Assembly (NCBI GenBank): GCA_040954595.2
Contig: CM082580.2
Span: forward strand, 9,650,390 to 9,714,389
DNA from: Balanoglossus misakiensis
Lineage: Eukaryota; Animalia; Hemichordata
Direction: 5' to 3'
DNA length: 64,000 nt
The notes under the pieces were generated by a model that was given only the letters and a program-made list of their open reading frames with translations, was not told the DNA's origin and did not search any database. Below are positions 11,903 to 25,500 of the stretch, in pieces (within the stretch, counting starts at the first letter, position 1; every line of letters begins with the position of its first letter). Both the position numbers and the translations under genes were made by a program.

Positions 11903-12369
11903 TTGTCTCGTTTCATGGAACCATAAAAAAGACTGGCATTTTACACGTCATCCTGATTTTCAGTTGTCGTGTAAATATGTCAGTTTGATGTCTTCCATGC
12001 CGTCTTCAGAAAATGCCGCACGCATGACAAAATAACTTATAAAGAGAAAGCATGGACTTTATAGTTTATATTTAGTTGAAAATTAAAGGTATATTCTGCA
12101 TGCCCTAACAAGCATAGAGAAACTGCACGGACAGATTAATTTGAAAATGCCTATAATTGTAAGGACAATCTACTACTCAAACTTTGTGACTGTGTCTACA
12201 ACAGTGAACATATCATGTCATTAAACTGTGCACTAGTACAATTATCAGAAGAAACGAGTTCAAGATTTATGCATGCTGGTGTATACATTAAAAATTTCTG
12301 CACGCAAGAAAAATAAATGGTCATAAATGGTAAAAGACTGCTGTAGTTGTTTGAGTTGTTTGGAAGATT

Positions 12370-12645
12370 GAGTTAAGTGAAACCTCCCCTCTCTCTCTCT
12401 TTCTCCCTCTCTCACTAAAGCATGTGACATGAAATATGACATGCCATAAGGCCTAGAATTCGTTTTTTCCTAGGCCACCCGTAATTCTAGCGTTTGTTAT
12501 TACACAGTACATTCAGTGAGCTGAGCGTCTTTAACAAGTGGTTAAAGCCAAAATGCCCACCAGCTGAATTGTTACCAAAGTAACATGTACGAAACATCGC
12601 CCTCATGTGGCGATTGAAGTAAATGGGAAATCTCTCTCTCTCTCT
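12370..12645 (-). repeat. Dispersed repeat copy homologous to 3440-3660
   Basis: Reverse complement contains atcgccacatgagggcgatgtttc and aaaacgaattctaggccttatggcatgtcata plus a GA tract. Confidence 0.7.
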
Positions 12646-14985
12646 CTTACAATTTTTAATATTGTCAAAAATCTAAATGGCGTTTAAATCCAGATCACAT
12701 TAGTTTTGTACATTTCACGGAGTGAATCCGTGATAACTGATATTTTACGCGGTCGTAGCCTTCTGATTTGTGTAAACCATATACATTCAGGGACGTTCAA
12801 TCTCACCTTCAAACATGCACGAATCATATCTTACTATTCTCGAGGATAATGGCTTAAAATCACCACTTTGTAGACTGGCCGCCATAAGGTATTCTCACAG
12901 AGAAGGTTTTGTGTCTATTGTGATCTCCGAGTAGCACCGAGAAGATTATAGGTTCATTTTTGTATTGTCTGCGCACTCTACCATGACCTACTCGGGGAAA
13001 AATGCTTGCTAATTTACTTCTATAGAGAGTATATGTACCAGAGATTTCGCCATCCCTTTGCACATCACATCGTCACATATGTAGCCTAAAGCGAACCACA
13101 GTCTGTGTTTCCAACTTTTAAAAATCCCAACTCATTAACAATGCATGTGGACGCTTCACAACATTCCCATGTCAGAATTGCAACGTTGCCATCGCGACAA
13201 GGAGGCTGCATAATATCACTCCTTCGAGACGGCGTTTGATTGTCAGAGGACTGTTTGATTTTGGATAGATTTATTGCAATTATTGTTAATCGATGCTAAG
13301 GTTCCTGTAACAACTTTTCCTCGGAGCGCTTAATGCCCAAAGTAATGACTATTATGCATACGGGTCATGACAACTAATGACTTCAACCCGCGGCAGTCCC
13401 ATATCTACTCTCCTAGTGTAATGAAAGCACGCCTCTGAAATGTGTGAATGTTGTCCCAGAAAACAGGATTTTTTTTTCGTTTTGTGACGTATACACAAAC
13501 TCGCTGATGGTCACCTGGGTGCGAACGCGAAAGTATAATAACCATACGCTTAGGGGGCTCTGGAATTAAACGCGATTTTCAAAATCCTATCGACAAAAAA
13601 GGCGTGTCCGTAATATTCAAATCAGAATACGATTGTGCACAAGTCACGTGCTTTGGGAGGTACAGCAAAAACCCTGTGATCGCGGTTAGCCCTACTTGCC
13701 ATCCGGCAAAGTCGTCTGACGGACCGGTTGCTGCGATCGCTTCGCACGCATGAAACCTTTCCAGGTTCGGCTGCTGTCACTTCGCAGACGGTAAGAGGCA
13801 GGGGCGAGCAGCTGCTCAAGAAAGTCGAAGCGGAATATTTTCTTGGATCTAGCAGAAAACTACTCAGTTGACGAAAATCATCGATTGCGCGGCCAGGCCA
13901 AGGTAAGAGAAGCAATGCTTCGAGACTTTGCTGCCGCCAGTGGAGTCGGTTGCTTCACACGTCGTAGGCTAACAATCAATGCATAAAACTGTGGTTTATA
14001 CCGGGTCCTTCTGCCTACACATATAGTAACACGTATAACCAAAAGTTCAGAACCCGATTTTTGTTTTGTGATCAGAGTATATTTGACGATGCTCTCTATT
14101 CGTTCAATTTTTATAGGCGCGGCTTTCTTCTTGTCAAATAGTTCAGACTTGATAAGCATTAGATTATGTGTCATGTGAATCTTTCGAAGTATTAGCCGCC
14201 CGAAGTATAATTCACACTTGATTCGAATACGCACTTTGATGTGCAGGGATTTTCACGTGCAAGCATACCCTGCTGTATATACGTGTTGTGTGTCCCGAGT
14301 TCTAATAGACTGATCCAAATGAGGGCATCTACTCTCTCAAAAAGAAATCCACTTCCGTCCTTCTACAATCTAACACATCTTCTGTAGATGCCGCCGGGCA
14401 AGTCTCATCACACGAAACAGCCGAATCGCTTTCATTGATGCAAACGTGTGCATCCATTCCGTTAACTGATTGATTGATAAGTATCGAACATGCAAACTCC
14501 ATTTTTCCACCCGATTTGAGAGTGTTCGGATACAGTCGAAGAGATTGTCTTTGCCCGGCCAAAAAAAATTTCCATCGAGTCGATTAGTTCACTGTAAGCC
14601 GGAATCACAGTTAACACATTTAAGTCTTCGTCGGGGAAATTAGGTTCACACTTGAAAATGCCACGACCCTATTTACGGGTGTCGCAACGGTCTGTCTTTC
14701 ATCATGCACAATCCCCGGCCATCTCTTTGTAATTCTCCTAAAGCATTAGCAGTCTGGTCGGGAAACCAATAGTCTAGAATCCAGACTCATGTAGGTTTTT
14801 TTCCGTCTTGCTTACTCCAGCCACAGTGTAACATTCTGGTCTTCATTTTTGGAGTTTTGTTATTTGTATGTCAAAGGACAAGTCACTGCTCACCGTTCGG
14901 TAATGATCGTTACATTTTAGAAGTTAATTATAGCCTGATCTACTACTAATTGGCTGAGTTAATGAGCAGGTATGTTGCTCAGTAT

Positions 14986-15121
14986 CACTACACTACACTA
15001 CACTACACTACACTACACTACACTACACTACACTACACTACACTACACTACACTACACTACACTACACTACACTACACTACACTACACTACACTACACTA
15101 CACTACACTACACTACACTAC
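14986..15121. repeat. (CACTA)n microsatellite, 27 perfect units
   Basis: Directly visible. Confidence 0.98.
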
Positions 15122-18100
15122 TGTGGTGTTGGTCACAAAGCTGTCATCTGGGACAGAGTGGTTACGTGTTATACATACGAGACGCCACGCCTATATCGAG
15201 AAAATTGGAGAAGCTACGAGATAGGCCCTTTTAAAAATGTATAGCCCAGAAAGCCCCCAGGGAAGTAAATGAGAAATTGTAATATCAATGCGAACTGTCT
15301 TACACCTTTCGCGCGCGCGTGCGTGGGTTGAATTCACCTTGCCCTTTTGCGCTTGTCAAAACCGTCTTTCTTTTTGCGTGACACTTTTGATGTTGGGATT
15401 TGTGTTAGCACCGCAAATTAGCCATACGATCCCACTCATAATGAAGGCCAACCAAGCTGCTTCGGCAGTGTTGACGTACGTGAACTATAAAGCGGAAAGG
15501 ATTCTCACTTTCGATTCGTCTTTGCCAAGCTGAATGCGAGGCGGTGGCCTTGACAACGGTGCATGCGCAGTGGCACACCGTTACCAACTATAGTAAGACA
15601 AACTTCTTCCCAGAAAACCGAAGGGGGGGGGGGGTGGCATGGAAAGGCAAAGCGTACTCAGAATTCCCGTTCATCCCAAATGTTAGTTACCATTTTACGA
15701 GATATCCTCTCAGAATATTAAAATCTCCCGTTAGCCCGCTCTTTTGCTTCGGTAGATCGCCGACAAATCCCCTCATAAGGAAATGTGATCGTGTTTGACA
15801 TCTTTAAAGATGACTTGAAACCCATGGGATCCGAATTGACACGTCAGGCGTTCGTCACAACTGACGTTATTGAATTCGCCGCGAATCCCCAAGCGAGAAA
15901 TCCTGAAATTGGTTTTTATTCTCCATCACAACGGAGAATGTTTTTTGTAAAATCCCTCCTCTTGCCTGTGTACAGAGAGAGGAAGGGGAAGAAGGGAGAG
16001 ATCCAAACGTTGGTTTAACGTTTAAATACAATTGGGGAATTATTGGAGAATTCCACAGTTTTTTGTGTCACTTCGCCCAGATTAATCTCGACTTGATATC
16101 GCTCAAATTATTAAATTTGTATCTGCGTTTGAGGCCTGAACTGAGTATACTAGTACATGTATTACATCACAAGAAAAGTAGCTTCTACAGCTACGAGAAC
16201 GTTTTGTCGAGAAAAAAACACTCTTCCCTGAAATTTAACTATTCAATATCGATCGCCAGGATCCCGAGTTCAACAGGTTAGATTTCTCGAGGCTTGAGTG
16301 TTGGTGATAAATGTACGAGTACACGCGCTGGGTTTAACATTTCCGAAAATCCAATCCACGTAGGATTAAGGCCGGACATTGAAAAGTGAGTGTGTCACGT
16401 TCGATTATCATGAGCTGCTGTTCAACATTAAAAGGCATTACTTTGTATGCGATGCAGCCATGTATTTGTCATGCAGGGGCGTGGGTATCGGTTAACCAGG
16501 GTAATGAACCGTAACGACGACTTTATTTACACTTTCTGAGGATGGTAGTTTTCCATTGCGAATTCACACGTGTGAGTTATAGAGAGAGGGGGGGAGGCGT
16601 GGCGAGATGTGCGAGATATACCGAACTTAGCATTTGTATTTATGGGGTGATATCGTGGTTAATGGTCGTATACCAGTATATGTAAGTACCTGTCCATTGA
16701 TGGATCTATGTTACACGGACGTACCACGAGACAGAAACAAAAACAAGTGACACAACAAGCTACAACTGAGACTGTCAGCCGTCACTATTGCCGCTGTGTC
16801 TGTCAACGTTGCACTATCGGGAGTGCGAATAACGCATTTGATTTACGCCATTGCCAGCTATTAATGAAGACATCAATTTTGATAATCTATCTTTATGGGA
16901 ACATTTCCCGTAAATTTATTGAAACATTAAATTGTATTTGTGTGAGTCATAAGCAATCTAGGTCTGATTTTCCCAGAAATATTTGGGAAGTCAACAGTCA
17001 TACATGTCAGATAAGTACATTCTAAACAAGTCATGATCACGGGCACGGCGTCGTTGTTCATCAGTTCTATTTTGCCGTTCTGCTATCTTAACCACATGAT
17101 TCTAGCCAAGCACAAATATTTATGTCACTGACGATTTCGATCCGAATTATTGCCCTTCACTCATGTTTTCATGTACTTAGTCTCCTTTCAAAATAGCTGC
17201 TGTTATTGTGCAAACGACTTTCCACCTCCTGTTCCACACAGTACTAACACGTCATGGCCTTTCCGTCAACGCACACGCGCCTTGCCGCTTATCGGATTCC
17301 CCCCGCGGGGGTATTAATAATGCTGGATCCCTCAAAATTGAATGTCATGGCCAACAAAGACGAGCGAGAGCACAAATAAATTGATTGATCACTGCCCATG
17401 CTCTCGCGAGTCGTGTTTTTTTTTTAATTTCAGGAACGTCGCCCCGATCCGTTTCGCACGTCTGCACGGTCGTGACCTGTCGCCGAGGCACGTAGGATCA
17501 AAATGATCTCCCTGTTGATGTGCAAATGTACATAATACACGCTGCGATTTATGGCGAAGTAGATTATGTTGTCCACATCATTCAAATATATAGGCAAGAT
17601 ACAGCTTTGAATCATGCAGTCCCGGTAAACAAAGTTAGAAAACGGCAACCCACATCTGTAGCTAGCCATCTGTCCGTGTTTTCATTCGGAAGAATTCACT
17701 TACAGATTGTCGTCCGCAAAAGAAACCGTCCATCGATCACCTGAATGTTTCATTGAGTTAGGCCACAGAAGTGAAAATTTACGTTTCACGCCCATTATTT
17801 TTTTTAAAGCTAGCTGGTAAAGTGTTTGATAAAAACGCGCACACAGAAGTTGAATATAAACTAAATTTTCCTGTTCTGTATAAAATCAGCCTCGAAAATA
17901 CAGGATATATGAAACTCGGGCCAAGTCTTGCTGCTTGAAATACAAGGGGTCAAATCACAGGATATTGAAGTGCATTGTGGGTAAGAACCGGGCAGGCACA
18001 AAAAGCCCTGGACTGTGGTAACTACCTGTACTTCACGTAACGCAAAAAGAAAATAGTACTGCGTATTTTGCCATTCAATTAAATAACTGTTTGTTTTACC

Positions 18101-19109
18101 CTGCGAGCAAAACAACATTAATGGCGAGATCACGAGTATTTCTTACAATGAAGGAATCTTCCCTGGGATGCGTGTCTTTTGTGGGAATCTTCCGAAAACT
18201 TACGCAAAACACAGCATCTAATCCCCCTCGCCAGAAAGCAGATTTCGCAACCTCCCCTGCGTCCATGGCAACAATCGTCGGCTCCTTCTACAGCGCATAT
18301 ACATATGATGGATTCAACAAAAACAGGGGATGCAAGTACATGCAGGCAGCCATATGGAATGAATAAGCCCGCCCCGAAGACTGTAGTGGATAAGACACGA
18401 TGACGTCAGAGATACCCTGCTTGTGTGAGTAAAATGAAATCCGACCGCAGACAAGAGTTTACGTATTACGTATATACATCCAAACGAAGTCTTACAGGAC
18501 CGCTGTACTCCAACTTTTGACATTTTTCAGAATGTCGAAACGCAATGTTAACCGTAAAAACCACGGTAGATTATGCCCTACGAATTGGTATTCAAGAGAT
18601 CGAACGCTCAGCAATGATATACATGTATAAGCCCGCTGAATGTTACTTTTCCAAATAGAACATTATCGTCTGACACATAACCCCAGAGGTATATGTCATG
18701 ATAGTACGTATCGCAAACCGTACAAGTTCTGTTGTTGCTAAAGTCTTGATTTTCGTCTCGCATCGCCGAATGCTTGCGGGCAAGATCATCGTGTTGTTTT
18801 CATGATATGTCATGTGACTTTTGCGAGAGAAAAACAATATTTTAACGACCCTAATCGGTCATTGACTTTAGTTCTCTTGGTGTGCGGGACACGTACGAAA
18901 GAAAACAACCGCTATTGACAACAGCAAACTATGGAACCACGTATCTATTTTCTAATTCTGGACGAAAATTAATCTGCACTGTCTTATTTGAAAGTATCCA
19001 GATATTTCACGATGCATTTAAAAAGCACATTATTAATAAACATATGACTCGCGGTTCACAAGGGACATTTATCATCGAAATTTCATACATGTCAGAATTT
19101 ATTCGAGAC

Positions 19110-19313
19110 AAAGTGGTAACGCGGGGCAACCGATTGCGCGTCAGGCAACTCGTCGCCCGAAAATCCGACATGACGGATTTCGAGGCGACGTCGCCAGACG
19201 CGTTCCATTGAGGCGACTACATCATACACACGAGGCAACTCACCGAGCAACTCGGGTTGCGCGTCGAGTTGCCTACCGAGTTGCCTGCCGAGTTGCCTCG
19301 TGTAACTCGGCCT
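19110..19313. mobile_element. PIF/Harbinger-like MITE remnant with internal GAGTTGCC/GGCAACTC repeats
   Basis: Intact right end ...gagttgcctcgtgtaactcggcct followed by TTA. Internal inverted copy acacgaggcaactc. Three 12-bp ccgagttgcct-type units. Left end degenerate. Confidence 0.5.
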
Positions 19314-21179
19314 TTACTGTCACGCCACGCTGATTAAATTCTTGTCTCTTTTTCTGCTTCCGTCGCATGCCACTTCGTAAGACACAGTCCAAGCGGCGCT
19401 GCAGCTCTCTGCAAGCTAGCCTGCGTCAATTGTTTTTTTCCAATCGCGGAAACAGACCAATCTGTCTTAATTTCTCCGCAAAGGTTGCCACTGTCAGTTT
19501 AGCGGTTAAGTTAATTTGCGTCGCCACCAATACAATATCCGCGTTACAAGCGCGCACATCGCTATTCTTTACTATCAATCACGTGATCTGGCAATGTGTC
19601 ACATGGCGCAGTCATTTCCAGATGACGGGCAAGCAATATTTCGGCATCCAGTAAAAGTTTTTCCGAGTATGTTTTTACTTTAGAACCGCCAAACACATAA
19701 CATGTATCGGGTATGTTGCCTCATCAGCCTCATTGCATTTCGTCTGCAGTCTTTGTCTGCACCACGTAAGTCCACGTTGCTGAAGTTGCCCGTCATCTGG
19801 AAATCTGAACGCGAACGTAACTGCCACCTGAACGCGTCTGACGTCATTTGATAGCGAAGAATAGTACATTCCCTTCGAACAGTACTTCTCGCGTGTTCAT
19901 CATACGGATGGCCAATAATGGTGCACAGTGTCATTATCATTAATAAGCAATAAACACAATCGCGATGGTGGACAAGACTCACACGCATACGCATCCTCGC
20001 AGACAATTTTCTCCCGTTGTCTGCCGATTCACCCACCCACGCACTCGGGCAGGGTTTGTAAGATGGCGACGTAATTGCTGATGTAAGATACCAGGCATAA
20101 ATAGAGATTGAAAATTGAATTATGCAAGACTTATCTTGTGTGTGGAAGGTGGGGATTTGTATGAATGTACCTGCGCCAAGAGGGGGTCAGTATGCATGCA
20201 ATCAGTACAGGACCCGCTCTTTATCCCTGACCCCCCCCCCTACCAAGTATGACAACAACAATTCATATCAGTTTTAACACACGGGACAAACCTGCCCACC
20301 ATTGTATGCGAATGGAAATCTCACTGGTCCTATCATTAATAATTTATCATCGACAGGGTTTAACAATGGACCCCTGAGAAATTAACTATTAGTGACAACA
20401 TTTTTCAAAACGTGGCATTATGAAGTTGACGATTATTGACGTCAATTATCATAAGAAATACGTGTAGTGTCGGATAACTTTTCCCATCGTTCCCTTGCGA
20501 CCGAGGCGTTATACTTGACGCGTAGATAACCAATCACTCGCCCCGGCTATACTAACGAGACGTAAAAGCGAATAGCGCGTAAATCATCTCTCTATTAAAC
20601 TGGAAAACTGGAAATGTCAATCGATTCGTAATCCTTCTCGGCGTCGCCGGCCGAATCATCTTAATTCCTTCTCGGGGAATAAAGCAACAGTATTACGGCC
20701 TGTCAACGTTCACCTTTTTGTCAATGTCACCGTTTGTGCTTCCGCTTGGATATCGTACATCACTGACAAATTTCGAAGGTCGCCTTTTGACTGTCGGCGC
20801 ACGGCAGGGATGTTGTGCGAGTAGATTTGCTTCTAGCACGGATCGCGATGATTTCTTTAACTAGATATATTAGAACTGGCGCATGTGCATTTACGTGAAC
20901 TTTTCAATCGAACCGCACATGCAATTAAGACCCCTTAACTGTCGGGCGAATCAACAGTGAGGGCTTATGGCTGCATTCAGAACTCGCCCCATTTGCTACG
21001 GGCAACACTGTAATAAAGAAGGAAAGAAATGATCTACCCATTCCACTTTCTATTCCACGTATATTTGTGTTTCATCAGGATGGTCACGCTTGCAGCGATA
21101 TGGGATCAACTTTTATGCTCAAATGGTCATATACATGTATATACACTAGTGTCGCGGAATTATAGTCATAATTTTATAC

Positions 21180-22510
21180 ATGTCTGGTATTTTGAGGGGG
21201 GAACAGGCTAATCTCCGATATTCTACATCAGAATTAGACCTGCGGTTGTTGGCAGGGATCTTCCAGTTAATCAAGAAACAGAATCATTTTTTATTTCCCC
21301 CAAAGATGACCTACTTCGAACTAACGGGTGTAATATGCAACATTGAAAAAGTCTCACTGCACTGCAGATGGTATGCTAGGTTCGGTTCCAGTATATCGGC
21401 TCTGAAGCACAATGATGCGTTGTATGCGCTACACAGAAACCGTGACGACGACTTGAACGTGTTAATATTACTAAATTTTTGTGTGCAAGAAACCATAGGG
21501 AGGGTAGTGTCATTCGTGCATTTTTTTTCAAGTGAAGTTGTTGTCGCCAAGCAGGGCTTATAGGAAACATTCCCTCACCAGGGTGTAGGACCGAAAACGC
21601 TGGTGGCATGCCCTCAAATGTAAGTCTCAGTTCAATATCTGCACCGGCCTACAGCGGCCATCAAGGGACTGCTGATATGCACAGGCTAGAAAGCAGACGC
21701 CGGCAACAGAAAATGTCTGTTACGCGCCAAAACCTGATTACAATTTGTTGAACCGGAACTCTCCTGCCTTGGAACATGATTTCTCGCTGCTCGTTCTTCC
21801 TGTCGACTTTTCCCCCGGATATGTTGAACTTCGTTTTATCCTCTCCCGGGATGCAAGTATGGCGACAGAACTTTCAAATTTTAAACAGGCATTGAAAAAT
21901 TTATCTGCCGCAGACGATAAATGATTTATCATCGAAATTTCATACAAGTCCTCTCGTCTAAAATAACTCCACTTCCGCGGAATATCTTATCGTCGCCCTC
22001 TTGTAGGCTTCCATACTCGCATGGCTAGTCGGTACCTCGCGCAGGCCTACACCCGAACACATCCCCGGAGGGCAGTGATTCTAGCAATGGATATTGATGA
22101 CGTCCACTAAACGCTTTTCCATGTAGCGTTTCTCAGTATAAGTGTGCTATTTCATCCGAATGCAGCAGCATGGGCCCAAGCGGAGATTTGTCGACGTCCC
22201 CGCAAAGTTATCAATCGGAGCAAAGTTATGCGCATGCTCTCACGGGTACTTGGCACCGTTCTCTTGTACGAAATAAGGGGTGCAGTAAATAAATTTGAAC
22301 GTCTGGTCAGTAACCCTCTCCCAGTTAAACGGTTTCCAAGCGATGGTATACGTATATCCATGAACGTGTTTTCACTTTTAGAGCACTGATTGTACAGTGC
22401 ATCACTGTATACATCACCATCAGTATTCAATGCACGCTCTCCACTGCACGCTGGCTGTATCAGTGATAATCTAGCTTTTTCCCTGCAACTTTCCCTGTCA
22501 CTATGACCAT
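21180..22510 (+). pseudogene. Possible decayed Mab-21/cGAS-like nucleotidyltransferase pseudogene (tentative)
   Basis: Across broken + frames, in the expected order: FGSSISAL...DDLNVLILL, FSPGYVELRF, MDIDDV / QHGP..FVDVPA, RISMNVFSLLE. Multiple stops and frameshifts. Motif resemblance only. Confidence 0.3.
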
Positions 22511-25500
22511 TAATCACTCGTCGGTTTTTTGACCTCCATTAAGTTCTCCCAGAAGGGGTTGTAATTTCTCGATCGGGTATGATAGATTTCTCAACGGACT
22601 ACGATGTGCTCCCACGCCATACACGAAAATTCAATCGAGTTTCAGTGCACTGAGACGATGAGGTATTCGCTGCCGGGTGCGCGTGGGGGTCGTGTGCGCA
22701 CACGGGCGTTTCGTTCCCAGTCTCCAGTTAACAACGCTGGGGGCGTGCTATTGGAAATGTGGGAGGGGGGGATTTCGGTATGTGAACTGGGCCGGACGAA
22801 AAACATTGCTAAACTGATCGCGTCGGTGCGATAATCGCTTTTACCGTACCAGAAACCATGATTCAGATTGGATATATATAAATTACCATCATGAAGATTG
22901 ACTACCAGAACCACCAGCATCGTCGCTGCTGCTGCCGTGGTCAAACGGTAAACACAGAGGTCAATGATACTGAAGCAATAGACATGATATGTCTCGCTCG
23001 ATCCCAGAACACCCCGGGCATTCAGAGACAAACATCACGTCCTTGAGCGCCGCAGGACACAATAGACTTTGTGTAGTTCACTCGAGTTCAAGATCAACGA
23101 CCAGACAGATTGTGTCGCACTTGTTTACGAATACCAAGACCCAATGACCCCCCCCCCCCCGAGCATCGGGCGCTTATTAAAAATCGCCCACTTCACTTTT
23201 TTCTTCGTTAAGTTCAAACAGCGGTTTGTATAGGTATTTTGGATGTGAAAACACATTCGCTTGAACAATGCAAATCTTCTCGAGAAGGTCCCAGCGACGT
23301 GACGTACGTCGAATCGCTTTGACTGTCGACTCGACTACAGAAATGCGTTGTTTGACTGACACATTCTAACTAGCACACGATTTGCCCACACACCGCTTTG
23401 CAAGTTGCGAGAATGCAGACGTCGCCATTTTCTCGCGTGCGGTTTGAATAAGATCCCGGTTCATTGATACTGATAGAATAATTTATTGAAGCGTAGACAT
23501 CAAATTAATGAAAGCCGCCTTAGCACTCGCGGAGGAAAACAAGTAATCTGCTCGCGACATTCGTATTACCCCCGTGCTGACGAGAAACTCTCTCGTGATC
23601 AAGACCTGCCAAGTTGAGTTGCGGCTCCGAAGGTCTCTTTGCTGTCAATGAATTCTTAAGAAATATCCTCCCGATCCCCGTGGGCATGCGAACGTTTCCC
23701 ATTATGGATGTGCGATCGGTAAAATAGGAAAGCATTGTCATTTCCCTTGTTTTTAAAAAGCGAGGCTGTGAGCTTTGTGTATGTGAGTAAACATACTTTC
23801 ACTGCCGGAAGATGCAACATGTACAGCGTGAACATGTTCGGCAAGTGAAAAAACTTGCAACGTTCTTCATAAACACATGACAGGATTTAGACCACCATGT
23901 CGTAGACGAGAGTTAGTGATGTAGAGATTCGACGAAAATAAAAAGCGCCGTCTACACGGGCACAATTACGACATCCGTTTCGGCTACCGCATGAGACCTA
24001 CCCCTGTAGGTCGTAGACCAATTAGGAATAGGGTAACAGTCTGACTGTTTAGGTCTCAATTATCGATATGCAGCCAATGAAATGCCGGAGTGCCCACAGT
24101 TCCCAGAACGCCACCTCTGACCTCTCGCGACCTTTAACCTTTTCCTCGTCTCTTTGGGATGTGCCACCTGTTGACGTCAGTCTGAGTATCGCTGAAACTA
24201 ATTAATGCATTGTCGTTTCAAGGGGAGTTCGTGGAAGTTTCTTCCCGTAAACACGCTGAATTAAGACTTCGGGGAATTGATGTCGATATATTATTGTCAG
24301 AATACGTCCCTGAATTGATTCACGCCCGTAGTTTTATCACGTAACTCGTCATATAAAAGATAGACATTACAGGGTCGTTTCATCATGTAAAATAAAATAG
24401 GAGTCTATGATCGTTGAATCAACATGTGGTGTAAACACGGTTCGCTCAATTCTTGACATTGTGGAGTCTGTTTGACCTCTAATAATATTGGACAGTAAAG
24501 ATTTCAACTGAGTCATTTGTTATATCGCCAGTTTTGCTTTTATGACTGAAATAAAACGATTATTTTCGGATAAATTGGAGCTAGGGTCTTGTTACGTGCA
24601 CCCCCTATTTCTTGGCAATGCACAATGTGTAACGTGTTGATCGCAACACGGAAACATTTTGCATGCTCCGAAATACGAAACTAATACTCCTTGAGAAGCC
24701 ACCGGCTATTGAAAGAGCGCGTTTTCATCCATGACGTCATCGGACACAAAGTCTCCTCGCTGTGTGCAGCCACACCTGAGCCAGAAGACTAGACGCACCA
24801 TATGGGCAGAAAATTGAAGACAGGGAAACAGAGTGACGTCGATGGTGAAACATTGTAGTTGGTGTCACATGGGCTTTCTCCCATAAAAGACACACACGCG
24901 CGGGCAGACACAAGCGAGGGACAAAAAAACAGCCACATCCTGGATCACATGGGAATTTGTTTAAAATACAGACAGCAGTACCGAATCAACCGTCGAGGCT
25001 TGGAAAAGCCAGCATCCTAACAGTAATACAGCATTGTGAACGCAGTAAAGCAGATAATACATGCCAGTCTGAGTGTACCGAAAGAAAACCTTGCCCGCTA
25101 TCGCACAGTGCAACACTTGATACAAGTCTGGCTAATCAGATACCCGATTTCCACACCACTCACGTAATCAGTGTAGAACCTTAGACGGGAATAGCTGACT
25201 CAATGGCATTTGACCAATTCTACATTTTTCACAACCATTATTGGAACACATTTATACAGGGTATACAGTTTATGTCTCTAAATATAACTGTACTTATGCT
25301 TGGCTCAAGGCATCTGTGAATGCAATCACTGGCATAAATAAGATCATTTGCATATACATGTATATCGACAACGCCCAAAGCTCAAAGAACGCAAAAAAGC
25401 CATTTCGTGAAATGTAGACACGACGATTGTTTTCAGCGAAATAGCGATATTATTCGGTTTTTTGAAAAAAAAAAAAACTGATTTCTCATTTGTAAAGCAA

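Noticed and set aside
14950-15244. ORFs encoding (LHYTT)n, also at 48235-48531
   Set aside because: Translation of (CACTA)n microsatellites.
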